DNA from: Candidatus Hodarchaeota archaeon | Lineage (GTDB): Archaea > Asgardarchaeota > Heimdallarchaeia > Hodarchaeales > Hodarchaeaceae | Direction: 5' to 3' | Length of the DNA: 64,000 nucleotides | NCBI GenBank assembly: GCA_029856365.1 | Contig: JAHQWW010000004.1 | Coordinates: 50,580-114,579 of the forward strand | In this document: positions 21,102-28,872 of the stretch, piece after piece | Position numbering within the stretch: position 1 is the first letter of the stretch | Layout: each line of letters starts with the position of its first letter | Notes under the pieces: model-generated | The model's database searches: none | Seen by the model: the letters and a program-made list of their open reading frames with translations, nothing else | What the model was told of the DNA's origin: nothing | Program-made: the position numbers and the translations under genes

Positions 21102-21731
21102 GTGACGGTGCTTAAGATCGTACTAATTGGCGATGGTGGTGTCGGTAAAACCGCTATTCGGGAAAGATACCTTGGTAAAGGTTTCAAAGCCCAGTACCTA
21201 CTGACAATTGGTGCAGATTTCGCTATGAGGGACGATACTATCAAAGGTGAACCTATTCGATATCAAATATGGGACCTAGCAGGACAACAACGCTTCGATG
21301 CGGTTCGAGAAGTCTACTATAAAGGCAGTGTTGGTGCTCTCCTCGTTTACGATGTTACCCGTCCTGATTCTTACTTTAACACTCCTAAATGGATTAATGA
21401 ACTGTGGACAAATAATGGTCGCGGTCGAGTGCCCATTATCGTTGTTGCTAATAAAATCGATATGCGTGAATTATCCGATGATACTGTCTCTCCAGAACAA
21501 GGAAGGATCTTCACTGAACGGCTTACAAAGCTAACTAGACCAGAAGGATTTGATTGTTACTTCTGTGAAACATCTGCCAAGACAGGAGTTAACATTCAAG
21601 CTGCTTTTTCATTACTTGGCGAAAACATCATGAGATTTGTTAGTAAACAACGAAAAACAAGTCGTACCACAACAACTCGATTACGGGCTGCAGCGCAACA
21701 ACGATCTCAACGCGTTTCAAGACAATATTAA
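21102..21731 (+). CDS. Ras-superfamily (Rab-like) small GTPase with a basic C-terminal tail
   Basis: G1 GDGGVGKT, TIGADF, G3 WDLAGQ, G4 NKID, G5 ETSAK. Confidence 0.95.
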   Translation: MTVLKIVLIGDGGVGKTAIRERYLGKGFKAQYLLTIGADFAMRDDTIKGEPIRYQIWDLAGQQRFDAVREVYYKGSVGALLVYDVTRPDSYFNTPKWINELWTNNGRGRVPIIVVANKIDMRELSDDTVSPEQGRIFTERLTKLTRPEGFDCYFCETSAKTGVNIQAAFSLLGENIMRFVSKQRKTSRTTTTRLRAAAQQRSQRVSRQY

Positions 21732-21734
21732 CCA

Positions 21735-21752
21735 TCTTTTCTCTTTTTTCCT
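21735..21752 (+). terminator. archaeal oligo(U)-type terminator
   Basis: TCTTTTCTCTTTTTTCCT directly after the GTPase stop codon. Confidence 0.5.
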
Positions 21753-21820
21753 CTATTATCTTCATGAAATATTTTAGAAAGTATTCCATCTTTGAATACT
21801 GTATGGAAACATGTGAATCT

Positions 21821-22528
21821 TTAAAAAAGTGATCTAAAGTAAACTAAAATATGTTTCATACTAATTTTTGATTCTCCTGCTTCTCGTGGCTGAAATGCAT
21901 AAATAAATTCCCCAATTGAAGTCTTTCGAGGCATCACCTTAAGGAGATCAAACAGTAACTTGTATCCTTTGGGGGAAATAGTTTTAGGATTTTGAATTAT
22001 TAGCTCTGTTATAAATTGAGTTTCTCCCCCGAAGAAACCACTCATAATATCTTTCGGGCGTGGCCGTCGCCTTATCAACAATGAGAATTTCCCGAGAGTA
22101 GTTGCTCCCCAAGAAATGAGCTTACGAGTTAAACTCCATCCCTCTACACTTGAACGGCTTCCAATAACCAGCTCATTTCCTTCTGATAGTAGTTGAATCC
22201 CATCTGCAATACATTCTGGAGGATGTTGAAAATCACAGTCAATTACAAAAAAATAATCAGTTCTAGTAATTTTCAAAGCATCAACTAATGAAATTGTTAA
22301 CCCTTTAATCAATTCATTTTTACGATCTAAAAAGGTAATATTGGGATTTTTAGCACCCCAGTTTAAAACAACTTCTACGGTTCCATCTGTGGATCCATCA
22401 TCAGCTACAATAATTGAAACTTCAGAATATAATGATAATAATCTAGTTATCATCTTATCAACGTTACTTTTTTCATTTAATGTGGGAATAATAACTGTTA
22501 TCTGTTTAGTAAAGGTACTTTCATTCAT
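21821..22528 (-). CDS. GT2 polyprenol/dolichol-phosphate mannose synthase-like glycosyltransferase
   Basis: VIIPTLNE, ADDGSTDGT, IDCDFQHPP, IGSR, DIMSGFF, GYKLL, PREAGESK. Confidence 0.9.
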   Translation of the reverse strand: MNESTFTKQITVIIPTLNEKSNVDKMITRLLSLYSEVSIIVADDGSTDGTVEVVLNWGAKNPNITFLDRKNELIKGLTISLVDALKITRTDYFFVIDCDFQHPPECIADGIQLLSEGNELVIGSRSSVEGWSLTRKLISWGATTLGKFSLLIRRRPRPKDIMSGFFGGETQFITELIIQNPKTISPKGYKLLFDLLKVMPRKTSIGEFIYAFQPREAGESKISMKHILVYFRSLF

Positions 22529-23155
22529 AAGAAACTTCCATTTGCTTTTTTTTCTTTTTTTTTCTGATATATAGTCCGATATATATGTTTTTCAGATAGG
22601 ACAGACTTACTTCTGGGTTCTGATTGCACATTCTAGATTGATTGATTTTAAGATAATCAGTCGTAGATTGTACTTTCTCTTCTTCCATTTAGAATAATTT
22701 CTTCTTAATGACTTCGAGATGATCATTATCTTTTCTAGTCTTTTTGGATTTCTTCTATATCCTTTCGAATGATTTTTGATTATTATTGCTTTTTATTCTC
22801 AAGGATATATAATCCAATTATTTGTAGGGGATGTCAGGTGTCGTCTTGCATACACATAAGGTTCTTTTTATGGTATTCAAACAATAATGATCAAGAGTAT
22901 TTCTGTGTGATTAAAATTGCACTGAAGGCCATTATCGAAGTAATAAGAATATGGATTAAATATTATTGTCTAGAAACAAGCTAAATTTCTAAAGGCGGAT
23001 TATTTACGAGATCTTCTTGCTGTATAGGTTACAATTGCTAAAAACACAATTAAAAGAGTGCCACTCCCCAGCCAAGGGAATATAAATAGAGTGAAAGATC
23101 TGTCTATTCTGTTAACTTATTAATAGAAGATGCAGCGGTTCCCCCCACTCTTTAA

Positions 23156-23308
23156 CTATAGATCAATAATTTTCTTTAAAAGATAAAACAAAAATACTAA
23201 GCCACTAGTGGGTAAACCGAATAGTATCAGAATCGCAAGAATAACAAATAAGGCTTCTAAAATGATAAATTTGTCATCAAATCCAAGAGATTGGATAAAT
23301 TTGAACAT
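23156..23308 (-). CDS. putative 50-aa membrane micro-protein (not in the ORF track)
   Basis: MFKFIQSLGFDDKFIILEALFVILAILILFGLPTSGLVFLFYLLKKIIDL, translated by hand. Confidence 0.4.
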   Translation of the reverse strand: MFKFIQSLGFDDKFIILEALFVILAILILFGLPTSGLVFLFYLLKKIIDL

Positions 23309-23770
23309 ATTTGCTATTCTAGTTTGGGATTACAAGTGAGTCTTAGAACAGTACTTCAAAAATTTGCAGAAGGATTTTCTGTTAATGGAATCTTTCTGCA
23401 AACTCCTCAGGAAGTCTTTCCAATAATCCAACAGAGAGCTGATTTTCTTTTAGTACTTAAAAGGTATCCTGATCTCCAAGTTGGTGTTTCGGAAGTAATA
23501 ATGGATGATAAGAAAGTTGGTGCTTTAGTAGACTCTCTCAATAATAGGACCAAAATCATCATTCTCACAGCACCAAAGAACATTCAAGAAGTAGCTTCTC
23601 ATTGGAAGCGCTTCTTGCCTGTGGTCCGAAAACAAATCAATATAGATGACTTTATTCATCAAGAAAGTATCGAAACAAAATTGATCAATCGATTAGAAGA
23701 TATTCGAATAGCACTCAGCAAAACAGCTACAATTCTGAAGGAGAGAATTAATTATGACTCAAAACTCTAA
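23291..23770 (+). CDS. putative Roadblock/LC7-like (profilin-like fold) protein; start probably GTG 23336
   Basis: Pattern of helix (LRTVLQKFAE), strand (VNGIFLQT), strands (EVIMD, GALVDSL, KIIILT) and helix (NIQEVASHWKRFLPVVRKQI); fold inferred by eye. Confidence 0.55.
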   Translation: MDKFEHICYSSLGLQVSLRTVLQKFAEGFSVNGIFLQTPQEVFPIIQQRADFLLVLKRYPDLQVGVSEVIMDDKKVGALVDSLNNRTKIIILTAPKNIQEVASHWKRFLPVVRKQINIDDFIHQESIETKLINRLEDIRIALSKTATILKERINYDSKL

Positions 23771-25115
23771 TCCTCAAGATGAAATTGAACTTCAACTTGC
23801 GCAAAGGATCATCGAATTAACGAAAGCTATAGAACTAAACAAGTCAATGATTGAAAAGATCATGACTGACTTAGAACAAGGAAATTCGAAGATAGATGAG
23901 TGGGAAAAACAGATACAGGATTGGGATTTAAACCTAGGGACAAGGTTTGATGAAATAAATAAGCAATTCAGTAATTTAGAGGAAAAGTTTAAACAACAAT
24001 CCTCAACTATAGAACAGAAATTTGAAGAAATCTCAACCCAATTTAGTAATTTAGAGGAAAAGTTTGAACAACAATCCTCAACTGTAGAACAGAAATTTGA
24101 AGAAATCTCAACCCAATTTAGTAATTTAGAGGAAAAGTTTGAACAACAATCCTCAACCGTAGAACAGAAATTTGAAGAACTATCAACCAAATTTGCTGGG
24201 TTTGAAAAGACTCAGAGTAATCAAGAAGATCTAATTTCAGCCCAACAGCAAGCTATTGAGGAACAAAATACAGAAATTAAACATCGTATTGAGAAAGAAG
24301 ATTTTACTACAACCATTGAAGGTATTAATGAGATAAATTCCATTCTAAAACAAAACCAAGAATTGTTTCAATCGGAATTAAAGGATCATGTTGAAAAGAC
24401 TCAAGAACGATTTGACACCTTAGCAAAAACCATTGAATTAATAGGAGATGGGTTGTCACAACTCGAACACCATAAAGAAAATCATGCTACTCTTCTAGAA
24501 GAGCTTCGGGGAAGTTTAAGTCAATTTAAATACAAATTGAAAGAATTAATTACTCTAACGAAAGATGATCAAAGAGCTCATTTTGATAATTTTTCACGAA
24601 TTGTTGAAAGCTATAACGAGAATATCCGAACTGAATTAACAATCATGGCACAATCGTTAAAAGAATCAGATACACAGATCCTCGATGAAGTATCAGCTAG
24701 TTTTACACCTAAAAGGATTGGAAAAGAACTTCAACAAACAATCGCTGATTTGGCAAGCGAATTAAAATCAGAGGCTCAGAAAACAAGAGACGATTTAGTA
24801 GAAGGACTCCAGAAAAATGTTCAAGAATACGAAACAACAATGGAGAAGCAAAATACGGCTATAAAGAATTATCAACAACAATTAGAACACTTTCAAGATG
24901 AGATTCTGGCAATTATTGATAGGAAAGTTAATGAAAAATATGAGGTAGTATCTTCTTTGTTATCTAAGGTGGCAATTCAAGCAGAAGAACTCGTTCTCCT
25001 CATCAAAACCTCTGAAATTCAAATTTCTACTTCTCCCTTTCAAAAGAACCAAAATCAGTTTGATATTGGTGAAAATGACTCTAAAAAACCGACTGAAGCT
25101 GAAAATAAAGACTGA
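23754..25115 (+). CDS. long coiled-coil protein with three 25-aa tandem repeats
   Basis: E/Q/K-rich heptad pattern along 453 aa; overlaps the upstream gene by 17 nt. Confidence 0.85.
   Translation: MTQNSNPQDEIELQLAQRIIELTKAIELNKSMIEKIMTDLEQGNSKIDEWEKQIQDWDLNLGTRFDEINKQFSNLEEKFKQQSSTIEQKFEEISTQFSNLEEKFEQQSSTVEQKFEEISTQFSNLEEKFEQQSSTVEQKFEELSTKFAGFEKTQSNQEDLISAQQQAIEEQNTEIKHRIEKEDFTTTIEGINEINSILKQNQELFQSELKDHVEKTQERFDTLAKTIELIGDGLSQLEHHKENHATLLEELRGSLSQFKYKLKELITLTKDDQRAHFDNFSRIVESYNENIRTELTIMAQSLKESDTQILDEVSASFTPKRIGKELQQTIADLASELKSEAQKTRDDLVEGLQKNVQEYETTMEKQNTAIKNYQQQLEHFQDEILAIIDRKVNEKYEVVSSLLSKVAIQAEELVLLIKTSEIQISTSPFQKNQNQFDIGENDSKKPTEAENKD
23964..24188 (+). repeat. 3 x 75-nt in-frame tandem repeat (QFSNLEEKFEQQSSTVEQKFEEIST)
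   Basis: Units start at 23964, 24039 and 24114 and are nearly identical in DNA. Confidence 0.95.
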
Positions 25116-25241
25116 TATATTTTCAATAAATGTAGTGTATCGATCGAAGTTTATGGAATGATATCAAAATAAAAAGTTTTTCTTAGAAAAAACCTCCTTA
25201 ATTGAAGAATACTCTTAAAATAAAGACGATGTGAAATAGCT

Positions 25242-25769
25242 GTGACGATAGAAAGGCCTCTCAAGATAGTGATTGCAGGAGAGAAGCATGTTGGTAAATC
25301 AACCCTCGTACATAGGTTTATTCACAATCAGTTTCCATTGAAAGGTTTATACTCCACAGTTGGATTTGATTTTACAATTAAAACACTAACTTTGGAGAAC
25401 GGGTCAACAGTAATAATCCATCTGTTTGATTTTGGAGGTGAACCTGGTTATAAAAAGATCTTTCCCCAATATGCTTCTGATAGTGATGGACTCATTCTTG
25501 CTTTTGATCCATCACGAGAGGAAACTTTAGACGCTCTACATGATTGGATACAGGTTTATCAACAACGAAAGCACCAAACAAAAAGTATCAATTTTCTTGT
25601 TTCTACAAAAGCTGACTTGGGTATCACCACATCCCCCCTTAAAATTAATGAATTTAGGAATAAATATTCCATAGAAGAATACTTCAAAACAAGTGCGGTC
25701 ACAGGAGAAAACACTCAAAGAGTTTTTCAACGAATGGCTGTCATTATTCAACAACAGAGAATGAGATGA
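25242..25769 (+). CDS. Rab-like small GTPase, divergent
   Basis: G1 GEKHVGKS, STVGFDF, G3 FDFGGE, atypical G4 STKAD, G5 TSAV. Confidence 0.9.
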   Translation: MTIERPLKIVIAGEKHVGKSTLVHRFIHNQFPLKGLYSTVGFDFTIKTLTLENGSTVIIHLFDFGGEPGYKKIFPQYASDSDGLILAFDPSREETLDALHDWIQVYQQRKHQTKSINFLVSTKADLGITTSPLKINEFRNKYSIEEYFKTSAVTGENTQRVFQRMAVIIQQQRMR

Positions 25770-25804
25770 AAATAGATAATTGAACTAAAGAGGCTTTATA
25801 CCAG

Positions 25805-26362
25805 ATGACTAGATTTATCGCTGACGCAAGTACTCTTACAGTTAAAGTGGTTGTAGCTGGTCCTGGAGGAGTGGGTAAAACTACACTACTAAAACGATAT
25901 GAAACAAATAATTTCATACCGGCAGTCAGTACTGTAGGTATCAATTTTCTAGTTAGAGATCAGGAAATTGGAGAAACGATTTTACGTGTTGCATATTGGG
26001 ATTACGCAGGGGAAGATCGGTTTCGATCTCTCTTCCCTGGTTATTGTCAAGGTTCATCTGGAGCCCTGGTGGCTTTTGACTCATCAAGAGTTCAAACTCT
26101 TGCTGAAATACCTGAATGGCTAAGAATGATCCGAGAACACAACGAACCAGACATTCCTATTGTTTTACTCGGAAATAAACTAGATACAACATCCACAGAA
26201 GCAAGAAAATTAGTAGCAGAATCTGCTAACAACTTTGTTAAGAAATATAACCTTTCAGGCTATTATTTATGCTCTGCAAAGACAGGTGATGGAATAGAAG
26301 CACCATTTTCTCATTTAGGGATTCTAATTATTGAATGTAAAAAACGTCAAAGATTCCTATAA
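25805..26362 (+). CDS. Rab-like small GTPase
   Basis: G1 GPGGVGKT, STVGINF, G3 WDYAGE, G4 NKLD, G5 CSAK. Confidence 0.93.
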   Translation: MTRFIADASTLTVKVVVAGPGGVGKTTLLKRYETNNFIPAVSTVGINFLVRDQEIGETILRVAYWDYAGEDRFRSLFPGYCQGSSGALVAFDSSRVQTLAEIPEWLRMIREHNEPDIPIVLLGNKLDTTSTEARKLVAESANNFVKKYNLSGYYLCSAKTGDGIEAPFSHLGILIIECKKRQRFL

Positions 26363-26400
26363 AGCTTTTTAATTCAAATAGTATCAGGTGACTGGGGGTA

Positions 26401-27900
26401 CTAGAGGATGGAATCGAGAATTCCGTTAATCTTTTTCTCAAAAAAGCCTCTGGCTGCTAGATAACGCTTGTAGAATTTTTCATATTCATCACGTACCATT
26501 TTCTCGTATGAAATGAGAAATAATAGAATTGTAGCTATTATAGCAGCGAATCCAGCTAATCCAAACATAATTGCTGTGAATGAGTATTCCCAATCAATTA
26601 AGACCAAGAATGCGGGTAAAAAACCGCCTATAATTGCTACAAATGGTTGTGTCCAAAGTGATCCAAATCTGTTTATTCCCATGAATTGTGCTTCTTTTCC
26701 TTCAGGAACGAGATCAGCAGGTAAAGAAGCACGAACAGATTCAATAAAAACCGCTCCAAAACCCCCTATAGCAGCAATAACGAAAAATAAATTATAATAA
26801 TTGCCAATTTCCATACCTGCAATTAAAAAACAGAATCCGGAATAAATAAGCGATCCTACGATGGCTGTTCTCACCTTACCGAATTTTCGGATGAACAATC
26901 CAGCTGGAATCGCCATAACGGCTGAAACCAAGCCTGCTACTAGTAGCGCTAAGGGTGCATCACCTTCTGGTAGCCCTACAGCGACCAGATGGATAAGCAA
27001 GTACAAAGCAACTGCTTCACTGGCAAATCCCCAAAATGATTGAACCAAAAACATCTTACCAAAATCAGATCCAGAAAAATTTAATAGGTATCGTGGTGTC
27101 TGTAGAATATCTGTAATAGGGGAGTCAATAGGGGGATACGGTGGATTTGCTTTTTCTACCAAAAAAAATACTATAATCCCTGCGAAAGTAATTGTTAATG
27201 CTGGAAATAAAAATAAACTAAATTCAGCAATAAAAGTAAGGTTAATCATCTCACTAAAATCTAAGAGAAGTATGGTAAAAGAATTAAAAAAAACTAATCC
27301 GATTAAACTACCCAAAACTGTGAATCCAGCTAAAATTAAACCCACCCATCCTCGCTGTTCCTTGGTAAACAGCTCTGATAATAAAGCCCCATGAGGGGAA
27401 GAGGCTAATCCTAAACCCACATATATAAGGAAAAAACACATTGGAAAAATAATTACCAACAGATCATCATCGACTGTTCCTGCAAAAATCGGAGTGAGAA
27501 GAAGCATCAACCCAGCAAGTAAACTTCCACCTAGAATATAGGGTGCGCGTGCTCCATATTTTGAACGATAGTCATCGGAAAAGGCACCCCCAATGATTAC
27601 AGTTCCAAGAAATCCGATTGAACCTGCAGCGATAGAATAACTAAAGATGGTTTCAGCAAGTTCTCGGGTCAAACCCAGTCCAAAAGTATTGGATCCTTCC
27701 AAATAGGAGAGCTTGAAATAAGCAATAATGAATGCGATAAATATGGCGTTAGCTGTCCCAAAAATGCCTAAAGCAAAGATATTTCGAACTTTCTGAGATA
27801 AAAGTCGCTTTTCTCTCAATTCTTCAGTTGTAAGAAATTTGTATTCTTTTTTATTCTCGGGTTTAACTTTATTTGATTTTTCTATGCCCATATATAACAC
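26401..27900 (-). CDS. MFS transporter (GPH/SLC45-like sugar permease)
   Basis: About 12 TM; GAFSDDYRSKYGARAPYI motif A; ALLSELFTKEQRG; LPADLVPEGKEAQFMG. Confidence 0.88.
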   Translation of the reverse strand: MLYMGIEKSNKVKPENKKEYKFLTTEELREKRLLSQKVRNIFALGIFGTANAIFIAFIIAYFKLSYLEGSNTFGLGLTRELAETIFSYSIAAGSIGFLGTVIIGGAFSDDYRSKYGARAPYILGGSLLAGLMLLLTPIFAGTVDDDLLVIIFPMCFFLIYVGLGLASSPHGALLSELFTKEQRGWVGLILAGFTVLGSLIGLVFFNSFTILLLDFSEMINLTFIAEFSLFLFPALTITFAGIIVFFLVEKANPPYPPIDSPITDILQTPRYLLNFSGSDFGKMFLVQSFWGFASEAVALYLLIHLVAVGLPEGDAPLALLVAGLVSAVMAIPAGLFIRKFGKVRTAIVGSLIYSGFCFLIAGMEIGNYYNLFFVIAAIGGFGAVFIESVRASLPADLVPEGKEAQFMGINRFGSLWTQPFVAIIGGFLPAFLVLIDWEYSFTAIMFGLAGFAAIIATILLFLISYEKMVRDEYEKFYKRYLAARGFFEKKINGILDSIL

Positions 27901-27984
27901 TTCATCTTACTTTGAGCCCTTTTCAGGAAGAAATTCCTTTCTTTTAAGGAAAGAAATAATGCTTTTTAACCATCGTTCAAAAAT

Positions 27985-28016
27985 GTAATTCTTCTTTTAA
28001 GTAATTCTTCTTTTAA
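27985..28016. repeat. 2 x 16-bp perfect tandem duplication GTAATTCTTCTTTTAA
   Basis: Identical copies at 27985-28000 and 28001-28016. Confidence 0.9.
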
Positions 28017-28099
28017 AATTGGCTGAAATGTACAAGAGAATTTTTATCAGAAAATCCTAATTTTTGGATGAAGCTTGGAAGAGGTACATATTTTTCTAA

Positions 28100-28498
28100 G
28101 ATAAATTCAATCTCTTTTTTACGTTCGACAAAATAATCAGAAACTTTAGAAACGCAGGTTCTGGTAGATTTGTAGTAGGAGTAACAGTTAGTGATCTTAC
28201 CGTAAGGATTGATCCTGAGAATATTGCCAGGATTCAGTATAAAACTTCCCATTTATCAACCATAACTACCGAAATTTCAACATCTGCCTCTCTAGACGAG
28301 TATCTAGTTGACGTGGAATTACGTAATGAACCAATAAAGGTAGAACTCTTGGACGCGATGTAACTGAACATTACAGTTACAGACACGGAGATAACCACAA
28401 CGGATAGTATCGCATCCTTAGAAATCATAGCAGTTGACGTAATTCTTCTTACGATCATTTTAATTTCAGATTTGTCTTTATCTCGCACTAACAGATAG
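28100..28498 (+). pseudogene. relic 3' end of a surface protein gene (beta-rich domain, Thr-rich linker, C-terminal hydrophobic anchor)
   Basis: One frame reads ...GRFVVGVTVSDLTVRIDP...YLVDVELRNEPIKVELLDAM*LNITVTDTEITTTDSIASLEIIAVDVILLTIILISDLSLSRTNR*, with an internal TAA at 28361 and no clear start. Confidence 0.5.
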
Positions 28499-28872
28499 TA
28501 TTTGAATATTTAACTGAAATATGGGTAAAAATGACGAGTCACAACAATTAATATTGTTTTTTCTCCGTCATCAAGATAGTATAACTGTTGATAACTCTGT
28601 TTAACCTCTACTAAATCCATCTTAGGATTTATTCCTCTTATAACAAAACGTTTGAATACATTTATAATGTAGAGAACAAAGCTAAATCCAGAACCTTATG
28701 AAAATTTAAAAGGAATGGCTTTAATCACAAAAATATAATAGTACAAATCGTTAGCATCTTCTCAATTACTCATCGAGATGCTTTTTTTTAAAGTAAAAAC
28801 TGCTCTAAAAAAGTGAAGTTAGGAAACTAAAAAAAAGAGCCCCCCATTCTCACCTATGCCGAGGCAAAATCC

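Noticed and set aside
23964-24188. Possible CRISPR-like array
   Set aside because: Contiguous in-frame 75-nt units with no unique spacers; a coding tandem repeat
23792-24190. Cys-rich antisense ORF (132 aa)
   Set aside because: Reverse-strand shadow of the coiled-coil repeat
28013-28488. Minus-strand ORFs 28013-28252 and 28234-28488
   Set aside because: No recognisable features; the plus-strand frame looks more protein-like and is treated as a pseudogene
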